Assembly (NCBI RefSeq): GCF_009834535.1
Contig: NC_045697.1
Span: 8,186,001-8,250,000, forward strand
Source: Camelus ferus
Lineage: Eukaryota
Reading direction: 5' to 3'
DNA length: 64,000 nt
This document shows, piece after piece, positions 1-13,482 of this stretch. Numbering within the stretch: position 1 is the first letter of the stretch; every line of letters starts with the position of its first letter. The notes beneath the pieces were generated by a model. That model searched no databases, was not told the DNA's origin, and saw nothing but the letters and a program-made list of their open reading frames with translations. Position numbers and translations under genes: made by a program.

Positions 1-190
1 TGGTCTCAGAACTCTTGCAGGCTCGCATGATGGAAGGGGCAAGGGAGCTCTGCGGGGGTCTCTTTTATAAGAGCACTGACCCCATGACCTGCTCACCTCC
101 CAAAGGCTCCACCTATTAATATCATCATCCTTGGGGGTTAGGATTGCTGTATATGAACTGGAGAGCAGACACAGCATTCAGACCATAGCA
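1..190 (-). mobile_element. MaLR MLT1-type LTR fragment
   Basis: 'tcttttataagagcactgac...cacctcccaaaggctccacct...ttgggggttaggatt...cattcagaccatagca' resembles MLT1A-C; the end is the reverse complement of the TGCTATG LTR start. Confidence 0.8.
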
Positions 191-652
191 CTGTCCCTTG
201 GCTTCTGGGACATCATTTTAGTCCATCTACCTCTATGCTCATTTCTTCTTAAGTCTCTTTGTAGGCTCTGTTTCTTCTGCCTTACCTTTATTTGTTCATA
301 GCACAGAGTGTTCTTTTTTTTCTCTCTCTCTTATTTCTTTTTTTTAATCGAAGTACAGTCAGTTACAATGTGTCACTTTCTGGTGTACAGCACAGTGTCC
401 CAGTCATGCATATACATACATATGTTCGTTTTCATGTTCTTTTTCATTAAAGGTTATTATAAGATATTGAATATAGTCCCCAGTGCTATACAAAAGAAAT
501 TTGGGGTTTTTTAAATCTATTTTTATATATAGTGACTATTATTTGCCAAAATGTTAGGACAGAGTGTTCTCGTCTCAGTCCTCTTCATGTTTTATTTTAT
601 ACACTTTTCTTAATCAATTTCACTCATGGGATGTCTTCAGTGACCATCTACT
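191..652 (+). mobile_element. LINE-2 fragment, interrupted by a young L1
   Basis: 'tcccttggcttctgggacatc...tctacctct...agtctctttgtaggctc' resembles the L2 RT region and resumes after 570. Confidence 0.6.
315..558 (-). mobile_element. Young 5'-truncated L1 3'UTR with 12-bp TSD
   Basis: T-rich tail, reverse-complement similarity to 17560-17760, and TSD acagagtgttct at 303-314 and 559-570. Confidence 0.9.
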
Positions 653-654
653 TA

Positions 655-1324
655 TTAGCTAATCTCCTTATCAAAGGGTCCTTTGGCCACAGCCTTTGTG
701 TTCTCTCCTGAACAGGCTTTCTCATTCTTTTCAACATGGATAAGCTGAGAATGTTTCAAATCTTTAAGTTCTGCTTCCCTTTTGACGAACTATTTGAACT
801 TTAAATAATTTCTCTCTTCTTACATTTTACTCTAAGCCATCAGGAGGAACCAGGCTGCCCCTTCAACACTCTGCTTGGATGTTTCCTTGGCCAGTATCCA
901 GTCCTACCTTCCACAAAGCACTAGCACAGGAGCGCAGTCCAGCCAAGTGCTGTGTGACTCTGTGAGAAGAGTGCCCTTTCCTCCTTGTCCAGAAGCTTGT
1001 TCCTTACTTCTGCTGGAGGCCCCATCGGAATGGCCCTTGTTGCCCGTACCTCTACAACAGTCTGTTCGGGATTATTTAGGTATTGTCTGAAAAGGGTGAT
1101 GCTTTCTGTACATGTTTTATTTTATACACTTGTATTTTATACAGCTTTCCTCTTTTCTTTCCAGTTTGCCAGAATCACCTTAGTGGTACATCGACAACAA
1201 GGTATGCCTTTTCTAGCTTGCACCCCAAGATTTTCCCAACCTCTACCCATTGCCCAGTTCCAAAGCCACTTCCACATTTTTAGGTGTTTGTTACAGCAGC
1301 CCCTCACTTCGTGGTACCAATTTC
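655..1324 (-). mobile_element. MLT1 internal region (5' part)
   Basis: 'cccagttccaaagccacttccacatttttagg...ggtaccaatttc' abuts the LTR; its reverse complement gaaattggtacc is the typical MaLR-int start. Confidence 0.8.
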
Positions 1325-1693
1325 TATCTCAGTCTGTTCTGGCTGCTATAACAGAATACAGAATTGACTGAGTAGCTTAAACAACAGAAATTTATTTCTC
1401 AGCTCTGGAGGCTGGAAGCCCAAGATCAAGGACACTGGCAGAATGGATGTCTGGCAAGAGCCAGCTTGCTTATTTATGGGCGGCAGTCTTTTCACTGTGT
1501 CTTCAAGTGGCCAAAGGGGTAAAGGGTAATTCTGGGGTCTCTTTTATAAGGGCACTAATCTTATTCAGGAAGACCATACCCTCAGGACTTAATCACCTTC
1601 CAGAAGCCCCAACTCCTCACTTTATCACACTGATGGTTAAAATTTCAACATATGAATTTGGGGTGGGACAGGGGAGACATTCAGTATATAGTA
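1325..1693 (-). mobile_element. MLT1 LTR (MLT1A/B-like)
   Basis: 'ggctgctataacagaatac...aacagaaatttatttctcagctctggaggctggaagcccaagatcaagg...ataagggcactaatc...tttcaacatatgaatttggg'. Confidence 0.85.
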
Positions 1694-3789
1694 CTATTTA
1701 TTCCAAAAAAAAATTTATTTCTGTTTTGGGCACTATGAAGTTTCTGGCACATAGATACATTAACTGCCATGTGGCATTACACAATCTGCTGGGGAAAACC
1801 AGCTCATGAAGAAACATCAGTGCAGTGTGGCAAAATACAAACAAGGGCAAGGATGTGTGCGTGTCACTTACGGGTAGAATATTCAAAGCTTGTGTTTGCC
1901 TGTGTTCGATAAACAATGTCACGGAAGATCATAACACTACATGGTTATTCAGCTGGCCATGACTTTCGTCCTCATCCATTCCAACCTTCTCTTTTAGAAG
2001 AGAAAAGTTACTTCGTCTGCAGTAGACTTGGAAAGTGTTGTGGAAGAGTTGGAATTGAGCAACAATTTGACACATGTTTCAGATTTGAGTACACTCAAAA
2101 GTGGAAAATGCCATTACAGAAGAATTTCATGCATTAAGAGTTTACATTCAGTAAAAAATCTCTACTGTCACTTTAAATTGAATCATATTTTTTGAACAAA
2201 AGGACATGAAATCCTGCAATATTAACCAGCATTTTAAACACATACCACATGCCCTATCTGGCATTCTTAGAGATTATCTAGCTTTATTTTGTTTTGTTTG
2301 ACATTCTTAATATTATATTATGTTAAAGTGTATCACTAATTTAAAACTATTCCTACTTAAGTAAAAATTATTACAAAATGGGAAATTATCAGCTTTATTA
2401 GATTTTCAAACATAACACTCATTCTTTTTAGTGATAAAAATTTGTATCAGGAATACACAGAAACACCAGTGGATACATATCTTTCCACTGGTAACAGTAA
2501 CTTGGATTTTAATCTCAGTAAAATTAGCACATATAGGAGTTCTTCACAGAGAATGGGAGCAATTTCACATTGTCGTAAAGAACCACTACCCGAGTTCAAG
2601 GGAGCAGCCTTCTCTTTGATCACCCCAAAGGAAGATCTCATTCCTCATCATCTATAAACCCAAACTCCTAACACATAGCATTCTCAACAAGCCAACTCAG
2701 ATCATACAGATACCTTACTTATCCATTTTTACTACCTTCAGTTCACGTGCTGAACACAGTACATCAGCTGCAGTCAGACTAGCATGCCCAGTCTCTCTCA
2801 GCACAAAGGACAAAACGCCAGCCACTCTAAACCCAAACAATGTAACCTGCGAGGCCACAATACCAGGGCAGAACTTTTGCATGCTAAGTTTGTTGGATGT
2901 ACCAAATCCTTAAGTCTACTTGAGGCTTCTTGGAGAGCTTAGTAATATCTTCCTAGGTGTGCAGAAAGGATAGATTGTATTTCCTTTTAGATTCTTACAA
3001 AATAATGTAATTTTCATAAATAACTGCCTCGGAGGTCCATCCAGAACAACTTTTACTTAAAATTAACTTACATTTTGGAGATTGCAGTTCCCAATGATTT
3101 ACAAATGAAACTGCTGCCAACCATCTTCTTTGCTTAACAAATGGCTCAAATTCAGAAAGGAAAAATTAATGTTAAATGTTAAATTGTTTTTGAAACAGTG
3201 TATTTTAAAAATATATAACATTTATTCTCCAGGGAACAATTTAGAGCTGACCAAGTACATTGTGTTCAATATGTCTCTGAATTTTGACACCATGTGAATT
3301 TCCAAAAAAAAAAAAACCCCACTGCCTGTTTTTCAGAATAATTTGCACTGTAGTCTTCCATGTATTTTGTGAGTATTGTTTTATGTCCGGAAAGTTTCCC
3401 CACTTTAGAAAAACACTTTCTTTGGATCAAAAAAAAAAATCCTACTTAAAAGCACTGCTCAAATAGAACCCAATCCATTCAGCTCTCCAGGGGGCTTACG
3501 TCCAAGTGTATCATAAACTTGAAAGAAATACATTGCCATTTCTGTTAACCAAAACATCAAGAGTGGAAGAGTGTGTTCAAGGATGATTTAACAAATCTTT
3601 TTCAAAATACTATATAACATAACTAAAGGTAGACATAGATAATCCAGCTACACACATTGTTGGGACACCTAAGTTGAATATTGCTATGCCAGGAAGATGA
3701 GCCATGCATCCCAGAATCTAGCAAACAGGTTTCAGGTTTTAGAAGGAATTCTTCCATGGCAAAGTGCTACTTTCCCAATATCTGTTCTA

Positions 3790-4190
3790 CTCTAGCCAAT
3801 TAGTCTAAGGCCCTTTACTCACAATTCATTTAGGGTTAAGCAAGACCAAGCCATTTTGGACAGATGAACTGAGAGGTTTGCCTGGGGCTTCTGAGAGAGA
3901 TGTTTTCTGGATTTTATGAACATGAGCCAGGTTGCCTCTCTCCTCCAAGTTATGAATGAGAAAATGGTGCCCTAGGATACTGACAGGCAGATTATAATCA
4001 TGGGAGAACTTGCCTTAGGACAGAACTAATGACCAACCTTGGTGATATCATTACCTGCTGGACTAACCAATCTTGAAAGCTACTACGTCCGAATTCCTTC
4101 TCATCTGAATTTAGATGTCTTCATAATGTCCCAGTCTGTTCAAGTTTAAATTGCTATTACTTGCTGCCAAAAGCATCCCAGTAGAAATAC
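3790..4190 (+). mobile_element. Old MLT1 LTR (MLT1K/L-like)
   Basis: 'ggggcttctgagagagatgttttc' and the terminus 'ctattacttgctgccaaaagcatcc'. Confidence 0.6.
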
Positions 4191-4707
4191 TTTCTTTTCC
4201 TCTCGCTGTATTTTTACATCAAACCATAAAATGGCAAAGTCTGCCAAGATTTTAGCCGTTTCTGGAAAATATGAGGAATTCTATGCTATCCTCTTCCTCC
4301 ACTGACTCCTCTGCATAAGAAGACCAATGATTAGCCAGGGGGACCATCAGCATAAGCGAACATCAGATCTGGAGAGCGCTTGGTCTCTTCTGCACTGATG
4401 GGGGAAGGGGAGGCCTCGGCTCCCCCATATTGCTGTGTGGTACTGCACGGGCAGGTGTCTGCTCCCCTGTGGGCAGCTCCCAAGTGCCTGATGAAGGGCA
4501 GAGAGGAGAAAGCAGAGAAAGCCCCACATTCCCAAGTCAAGCTTCACCAGAAATAGAGCTGACATTGCACATTTCACAATGTTCTGAGCACATGAGTCCA
4601 GTCACAATTGGCTCAAAGTCAAGAGAGATTAATTAGCATCTTAAATACCTGGCAAGAGTGTTTATGTCTGAGTACTAGGGGAGGGGGGGTCCTGACTTGT
4701 TTTCCAA

Positions 4708-4915
4708 ATGATAATAATAATGAACCTCTGTTTGGTGCCTTTTATAGAACAGGACTGTTGTAAGTATTTTATGCCTATTATCTCTAACCTTCACAAAATG
4801 CTATTTTTTTTAATGTATAGATGAACTAAGGTTCAAACAGTAAGTACCTTGTTGATAATTATCAATGCTCAAAATAGAATCAAGATCCATCTAAGTACAA
4901 GACCACATTTTTCTT
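4708..4915 (-). mobile_element. MIR
   Basis: Degenerate core 'tatagatgaactaaggttcaaacagtaagtaccttg'. Confidence 0.6.
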
Positions 4916-5414
4916 ACTCTGATATAAAAGATTATTTATTCCTCATGTTTGCCATGCATTTAGTTTGTAACTTTGTACCTCTGACTTTATATAGGAAAAA
5001 AGAAAAAGAAACAAACAAACAAACCACCTTTTGTGGAAATACTGGTTGGATCTTTCTGTATAATGACTTATTTAGAGCCCACATATTAGGATGGCCTACT
5101 TTCTCTGAGACAAAGACTGTGCAGCTGCGTTATATGTTAGTCATTTCCTTCCAATAACGTTGTAATTTTCCTAATACTGAGGCAGCACACCCCACATGAA
5201 AGAGAAACTGCCCTGGCCAAGGCATGGAAGCTTGTCACAAGGAGCGTGATAAAGCCTTTGGGGTTCAGGTCCCGGAGGAGCAGTCCTCCACTGCCCACTA
5301 GGGAAGCGTAATCCTCGTCAACAGTAGCACAATTGTGATATGTTTCTGGGGGGGTTTTCCACTCTTCATGCAGCGCATGAGGCTCAGGATTTATATTCCA
5401 AGGACAAATGACTG

Positions 5415-5610
5415 AAGCTCTAATCTACTGTTCAACACATTGTGTGTCTGAGAGTCACCTATCTTTTTAACTTCTTCTTCTGGAAACTGATTTTATAGGG
5501 TCGTGATCCTAATTTAAAGGAATGTTGTGAGGATTCTTCAAAATAATATATGTATAAAAGCAAGGGCAATACCTGACCTATGGTAATGTGTGTTAACCAT
5601 TAAATGTTCC
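5415..5610 (+). mobile_element. MIR
   Basis: 'gttgtgaggatt...aataatatatgtataaaagc...acctgacctatggtaa'. Confidence 0.55.
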
Positions 5611-8600
5611 CCTCTTCCTTTGCGAAACCTAGGCGGTGTATATTTACGACATGGCGTAATTAAAAGCTTTCATCAATTGCCATCTTTCATGTCTTATGAA
5701 AGATTAAAGACCTTCTAATACAACTTGATCCAGTAAGAGTGTATCTTATTTATTCAATTTAATTATTCAGTTTTATGTATTCAATAAGGGTGTATCTGAT
5801 TTATTCAAAGAACTGGAAATAGACAAGAATAAGCAAAGTGGACAAGCATATAAGTAACTCTAAGGTAATGAATTAAGTGTAAATCATAAACTCATAAAAA
5901 AATCATAAAATGAGATATTTATCACCTCTTTAAGTTGTTTATAATCTTATAGCATTTGAAACAACAGACAAGATTAAAATGGAAAAGAATGTTGTGATTA
6001 TATATATATGGAGAGAGAAGATATATGAATATAGATACATAAATTCATAAGTGGTGAACAGATAAATAGGTGATTGATAGATGCATAGATGAATGCTACA
6101 CACTTAGGTAGACAGACAGACAGACAGCTGGGTAACTGCAAGCTTAGCAGCTTTTCTTCTGCACATTCTCACCCCCTACTCAAATCTCCACCAGGACATG
6201 TTAATTGCATCACAATCTTTTGGTGCACATCTCTCCAGATCTATCACATTTCAGCATCTTACACAAAGGGATGAGGTGGTAAATAATTTGCAGCCAAAGA
6301 TAATTTTTTTATTTGAACTAATTTTTTAAGTTGTTGTTTAGTGTGGATTTTTTACAAATGACAAAAACTAAATTTGTGACCTACCAATGCAGACTGATCC
6401 AGAAAATCAGAGATGTGAGAACTAAAAAAGCATCAACAGATGATAGAAAAATAGCATTTTCTTTATTTATTTAGAACTAGAAAGAAACATTCTATGGATT
6501 CCCGTGATTTGCATTTTACCAGCTCCTAGTGTTGTTGATAAAATCCCATGATGTCATTTTCATAATTTAATGCAGATGTCATCCTTGTCAGGTAAATATA
6601 AACTATATGTAATACTTTCTCCATATTATAGCTTCATATGCTCTTAAGACTTCCTTTTGTAATTGCTAACATAAATCCCAAGTTAAAGAAATGTACTGGA
6701 AAGACATCTTAGACTGGCTAGCCCCTACCTAACAATCTCAGATGAGAATTTGGAGCCAGATGTCAAGAAATATCTCACGTAGAATTCGTTCATAGCCAGG
6801 CTCTCATCCGTCCAGGTGTGGCATACAAGAAAGCATTACTTTAATGCTACTTCAGTATTGTTGTCATGCATTACAAAATTCTCCAATGCAAGGAAAGATT
6901 TGGTAAGGTTACAGTCATTGCCATTCTGGGCATAAGAGTTCCTCCCTGTTACCGTTATATTCATGTTCCGTTACACAGATATACTCACTGTGTATATACA
7001 CTGCGTCAGGTTATATCGGAGTTTCTGTCTCCACTAGAGAATTTGCTACACTCTTCATCCTCATGCCTGTATACATCTACTAAGTTGATTTAATTTTAAT
7101 TAAACTTGACTATCTATTAAGAGATGTTGGGGAAGCAATCGAGGGTTCTGGTGTTATTTGTTAAATGCTGATTTCACCCATCTGCAGATTCAGGGAATAG
7201 ACACCTGCAAAGGCCATTAGATCAATGTTCCTAACACTGCTGCTAAGTGTCAGGCACTTGGGTGCCCTTGCAGATAAATAATATGAAAGGGGAATAATGA
7301 CCTACCAGACAAGACAGGTTGATATGCTCTCGCTGAAACACAGTAAAACATGATTTCATGGAAATGTGTACATAAAAGTAAAGAATCCTAGCAGAAGAGA
7401 TCTTTTTTGTTTTTTCATGTCCTTGTCTCTTCTCTCTTGCTAGAGTAGAGGCATCAACTTAACTGAGGATGGGGAATTTTTCTTACTCAAGTTTTTGTCT
7501 TTGCATAACGAAGTATTACACTCTTCTGAAATGTGATTTTCCTGTGTGTGCTTGGATGCACAATGAAAGGGTGACCCAGGAAATAAAGCGTTCAACATTT
7601 TTATTTATTTCCTTTTGTATGTGGGTGTATACAGAAAGGGATGGGAAGGGTGGCACAGGAGTGGGAGGGAGAAAATATGGATGTGTCATGGATACATTGA
7701 CCCAGAGGCAGTGTGACCTAGTAAAAGGCCAGGACGAGAGTGAGAAATCCAAGAACTGTCCCCTGCAGTGACCAAGCAAGTAGCTTCTCTGACTCTCAGT
7801 TTTATCACCTAAATCAATCACGTCCCTGTCCATATTACAATTGTTGGGAAAATCAAATAAGTATATATCCTTATATTACATACAGACATACCGATGTATC
7901 TTTATCTATGTAAATACTTAAGAAACTGGGACAAAAGTGTTCATAAACAAGAAGAGTGAAACTTCAGCTGGTCTAATCCATATTAAAATAAATTTCAGTC
8001 CATGAATCACTTGGTCATAAGCTGTAATTGCAATCATAAGGCTTTGAAAGAGAGCGTCTAGGAAGACAAAACAGACAATAGGCGTTTGTATTTTTTATGC
8101 ACCTTCCAGTTCACCAAAGATTTCCATATGTGTTACCTAATTTGATTATCACATGAATCCCAGAAGCAGAAGTTAGCTGAGATGGCATTTGTTGAGAAGC
8201 ATTTAGTTGTTGACTTGTGGCTGGAAGCATCTCTAATCTGCCACCAATCAGGGACTCTATTAATTACCTGTTTGTTTTGTTTGCTTTTCTGCTGTTGTTT
8301 CCCCTTTTAAAGACAGCATCAAACAGTTCTTTTTGTGTTTACACAGAACAAGAAAAGGCTGATAAAACTGTCTCCTCCAAAGAATCAGTTTTGTTCTAGT
8401 TTTAACAAGAGCTGCCTATCATGTAAAACATGACTTCCTGCTCTATTTTTTTCAACCTGAAACAGTCTTAAAACACATAGTATAGATTCAGGAGTATAAT
8501 AAAGCTTTGCCCTGACCTTTAAGTCATCAGAATCTGGCATAGTTTCCACTCCAAACTCCTATCACCAAACCTTGAAATGCTTACCAAAAACAAAACAAAA

Positions 8601-8871
8601 CAAAAAAACCAAAACCAAAACAACAACAAAAATTCTTATTGTGAAATTTTGCATCATTTTAAAGTAATTTGTCATTAATTAAATACATGTCAACAAAACA
8701 CATTCACCAAACAACCATCCTGGATAAAGCCTGAGATGAAGCCTTTTTTAGAAATGTGAGTCAGAGAGTAAGCTGGATTAGAACTAAAGGCTATTTTGGC
8801 AATTTCTACAACAAAAATGGAAATCACAGATATAAAACTATGTTTCTGTTTTCCTGGGTTTTTTCTCTCTC

Positions 8872-9510
8872 TCTTTATTCTATCAGCTCTATTGAGATAT
8901 AATTTATATACCATAGAATTCATCCATGTAAAGCGTACAAATCAATACTTTTTGGTGTATTTTCAGAGTTGCACAACCATCACTACAGTCTAAATTTAGA
9001 ACATTTCAACATCCTCCCCAAAAAATCCTATACCTGTTGGCAGTCATACCCCATTGTCTCTCTCTTCTTTTCCTCATCCACCTCAGGGCAAATACGAATA
9101 TATTTTCTGTCTCATGGATTCGCCAATTCTGGACATTTCAGAGGAATGGAACTATCCAACATCTGCTCTTTTGTAACTGGCTTCTTTCACATAGCATGTT
9201 TTCAAGGTTCATTCACATTGTAGCATGTGTTAATACCTCATTCCTTTTTATGACCAAATAGTATTCCATTGTATGGATATACAGTATTGTGTTTATTCAC
9301 CCATCATTTAATGGACATTTGGGTTGTTTCCACTATTGTGTATAATGCTGTTATAAACATTTATGTACAAGTTCTTGGTGGTGTATTTTTTATTATCTTG
9401 GGTATACACCTAGGAGTAGAATTACTGGATCATATGGTAACATTTTAAAGAACTGCCAAACTGTTTTTCAAAGATACTACACCATTTTACAACTTCATTA
9501 ACAATGTATG
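8872..9510 (-). mobile_element. L1MB-type 3' end
   Basis: 'attgagatataatttatataccatag...gttgcacaaccatcactacagtctaa...ctggcttctttcacatagcatgttttcaaggttcat...gtattccattgtatggata'. Confidence 0.9.
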
Positions 9511-11199
9511 ACCCATTATTTAATATAATGTTATAAGTTAAATAATAAAACTTATTTTTCCTTATTTCATAATAAAATAAATACAGTAAATGACCTCCAA
9601 TTACTCTAACAAACCATCAATTACTCATATATTAGTTTTAAAATATGATGCCCTACTTATTATTTTCAATTTTTCTGTACCCATATGATCCAGCTTTCAT
9701 TTTTGAGACAGTTTTTTTATTTTTTAAATGTTTATTGTTTGGGGCTTAAACATATTATTTGATAGTCAAGTGACATAAAATATCAACCCATTGAAAAAAT
9801 GGAAATTTTGCTGTGGTCAACTTTTGTAAATAATCCAGTCTACATATTTGAAAAGTGAATAAAATTCTTCTCAATGAGCTACAGAGTTTCTTAGAAAACT
9901 ATTAGCTCAGTATTATGAACAGTATAATTTCTTCTCCCACTGACCATACTTATTATCTATTCATAAGTTTATTGGGAAGATGCATGCACTAACTCATATA
10001 CGGCTTGAGGAGAAAAAAGACTGGCACGTAGAAACAGTTTAGTATTATTAGCTACTTTTGTCCAATCACATGAAAGCAAAACCTCCTTTTACGGTTCTAT
10101 CCCTGTCCATTTATTTTCAGGTCTCTAAAATGGCTTATTCACATGTTCAAATTTTGTGCTGTTAAACTTCTCTTTATTGAGGTCAGAACTTCATAATAGA
10201 ATATATTTCATCTTCATTTAATAGCAGTATTTCTCAATAGCGTTAATTTAATTCTAATTTGTCTGACTTTAATATTGACACCTTTATTTTCCTTTTGTTT
10301 TAAGCTTGAGTGAAAATAGAACTTTGTTGATTTTTTAATATTTTCTGAACCACTTTGATCTTATCTATTTTGCTAACCAAATATTGCTTGATTTTATTTT
10401 TTAATTCATCCTGCAAATGAAAACCCACTGACAGGATACCTTAGATTAATAATGTTTATTATTGTGATTTTGTATGTGTGTGATTTATAATGTCATCCTA
10501 TGCTATGCTGTTTTTGCTTCCCTGATAATCTTTTACTCCATGCATCTTAGGAATGGAAGTTAAAATTTTCATATGACTTGAAATTTTATTTTGACTCCAT
10601 TGTGTAAGTTGAAACAAATTTAGAAAAGACAAATAAACAAAAAAGGTTATTTCATTTTTAAAAATTTATAATCTCCTAAAATTTTACGGGCTGTAGAAAC
10701 AGCTATTGAGGACATGCATCAAATATTTTTATTGCAAACGGTGAGCCACTTGGGAATGATGAGTAAATAATTAGAATTTCCCATGAAAATGCTGACAGAC
10801 ACTTTTAAAAGAGTCATTTTCCTGGAAATTTTATATCATGCTCACCTCATAATAATTTGTTGTCAATTTGACTATTTATGACAGTTTTCACAGAGATCTG
10901 GAGTGGTCAACTCACTGGCTTGTAATGACACTTCCGTTTCTGGTTCACAGCAAGGATTATATATGAGTTTGGGCTCTCAGAAGTCCGTTTTTCCATTAAC
11001 AAAAAAAAGAAAATAGCATAAATAAATTAGATGACCGAACTAGAATTGAACACTCAAGTGTTCCCCTTAAAACAATGATTGTCTCCTTCATCACACAAGG
11101 AAAATAATGTTTTTTCTAAACCAAACACCTGAAAACAATTTAGAGTCATTAATACATATGTATAACATTTATAAAAATTATTTCTGAAATAGAGACAAT

Positions 11200-11490
11200 A
11201 AAGATTGTCACCCAATACCCATTCCTATTCCTTCCATGGACACGAGGCATTTGTAGCCTGGGTGCCAGGGCTCAGAATGGAGACCACATTTCCAAGCTAC
11301 CCTGCAGGTGGGTGGCTGTGGGAAGGAGACATGTCAGCACAGCGGAAGCCATTTTACAAGGAAAATTACTTGCACCACTATTCGTCTTCACCTCTTCCTC
11401 TCTACTGCTTCTAGAATGTGGAGACCACGCTGCATCATGAAAACAAGGACCAGTCTAGAAAGAGTCTGTGGAGTTCCCACATCACCAGGG
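11200..11490 (+). mobile_element. ERVL LTR fragment (LTR16-like)
   Basis: 'cccaatacccattcc...gaccacatttccaagctaccctgcaggtgggtggctgtg'. Confidence 0.55.
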
Positions 11491-11519
11491 ATGGCTGGCT
11501 GCCAGGCAGTGAGTGAAAA

Positions 11520-11750
11520 CAAGCTGCAACACAGATTCTGGAGCTGGGTAGCCTGTGTTCAAGTTGTGTCCACCACTCATCAGCTGCTGCGAAATCTTGG
11601 GAAAGTTATCTGCTCTTGTCTGACATTCCTCATTTGCAAAATGGGGGTGAAAAAGGTCCAACAGAGTTCTATAACAATTAAAAACATCAACAACGGGAAA
11701 GCACTTAGAAAGGTGCCTGGCACAGAGCAAATGCTAAAAGTTGCCAGCCA
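11520..11750 (+). mobile_element. MIR
   Basis: 'cttgggaaagttat...ttcctcatttgcaaaatgggg...aaagcacttagaaaggtgcctggcacagag'. Confidence 0.85.
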
Positions 11751-12479
11751 CTCTTGTTCATTTAAGAGAACAAAATTCAATCTTGTTAAAAATATTGCCA
11801 CTTAGTTTTTTTCTGTTAGTCACTGCTAGATTACTTTTAATTCAAGTGTCATACAGATGTCACTTGCAGTTATAATAAAATGTAGATTTTCATTAAAGGA
11901 TTTCTAAACTAAGTCCATAGTCTTTTCAGCTTCTCCAAGGATACCACAAGGCAAAAATACTGAGAGAGAAAAATTACCACTCTTAGTATTTACATACTTG
12001 TGTGGCTATCAGATAGACAATGACTTTGTCGTGCTCCGTTTTATTTCTCCATTCCTCCCAAAAGCCAAAGTTGGTATTGGCCTTTTTCTAAGTCACTTTT
12101 CCCCTATTATGTGCATTACATACACACATAAATGTGTGTATACACACATATACACCTACATGAATATAACTGGGCTGTAGACATCAATGCATTACTTGGC
12201 CTTCGACATTTAAAATTTTTTTTAAAAGAGAAAAAGCAGACGTCATCAATTGTGATGAAAACATGGTCAAAGGTGCTAAGTTTCTTTTAGTGAAAACTTT
12301 TTGGTTCTATTCTCTTAACATAAAAAGACTGTATTTAAAATAAATCCTTTACTTGAAACCTCAATAACGTATTGTTTTTAGTTTATGGTAAATATATTGT
12401 TTTTGTAACAAAAAGAACAATGAGCATTTATTACATTTTTCTGTAACTATTTACTTATTGACTCCATCCCTATGTCCCA

Positions 12480-12600
12480 GACTGAGAAATTTTGCAGGGA
12501 TTTTATTTTGTTTCTTCTCCTTTCTCCCATAAGTGGTATTGTACCTGACACAGAGCTAGTGTACAATAATTAAGTTTTGAAAGAATGAAGAAATAAATGG
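12480..12600 (+). mobile_element. L2 3' end
   Basis: 'gtacctgacacagag...aataattaagttttgaaagaatgaagaaataaatg'. Confidence 0.55.
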
Positions 12601-12624
12601 GTTTCATAGGCTCCCAGAGCTGAC

Positions 12625-12775
12625 AGTGACCCCATTACACTAGGAAGAAAACCAAGGCTCTGAGATGTAAAAAGGCTTACCTGACAACCTATAGATACAT
12701 GGGGGTAGAAACAGTCAAGAGCTCAATTCCCCTGTTTCTCAACTCCATAGGATCTGTTTAATCCCTACCATATGT
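12625..12775 (-). mobile_element. MIR
   Basis: 'ccccattacactaggaagaaaaccaaggctctgagatgtaaa'. Confidence 0.6.
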
Positions 12776-13244
12776 CTGAAATTTCAGGAGTGAGAGCTTT
12801 TAATTTTTTCTATCATTTTTTGTAAGTGGTGCTGAATGATGAAAAAAGGGGCGGTAGGGGGGGAGGGGAGGAAGAGGGAGATACAATTCAAACCGCCAGT
12901 GATGAAAATAAATTAGCAGGAGGCATCCTGAAGGTTCAGGAACTAATAACCATGCATGGCAGCAAGCATATGTTTTTCCTGGCACAATCTGACTCTGAAC
13001 GTAAGCAAGAACGGAAGTCGGTGTTTCATTACTTTGAGCATCTGTATCACGGCGTTTGTGTATGTCAGTGGTGTGCAGGGAGAAAGATTAAAAAGAAGTT
13101 TCTTGTTATTACATATTTTGAAATGTTCTATATTCCTACAGCATGGTTTATTTTTAGTTCCCTCTCTCAGCATGTAACCCTGACAATTTGGAGATAGAAA
13201 AATCTCTAACAGACACAAATTCTTAGGTACATATAATATGTGAC

Positions 13245-13357
13245 ACGGGCTGCCTACATTTGAATCCTGGCTTCTGTCCGTAGCTGTGTGACTTTGAACA
13301 GCAAAATAACATTTGAGGTCCTTGTTTCTTATCTGAAAACGTACAGTTGAAATTTAA

Positions 13358-13403
<46 letters not shown>

Positions 13404-13480
13404 GTAGTATTTATCAGGATGTTTTGAGTGTTAAGATAATATATGTAAAGTATCTAGCACAATGTTTGAAACCTTAAAAT
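13245..13480 (+). mobile_element. MIR containing a (CA)n repeat
   Basis: 'tttgaatcctggcttc...tagctgtgtgactttgaac...aagataatatatgtaaagtatctagcacaatg'. Confidence 0.75.
13360..13398. repeat. (CA)n microsatellite
   Basis: Read directly from the sequence. Confidence 0.98.
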
Positions 13481-13482
13481 AT

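Noticed and set aside
11308..11805. 165-aa ORF
   Set aside because: It runs through LTR and MIR remnants and starts at a non-ATG codon.
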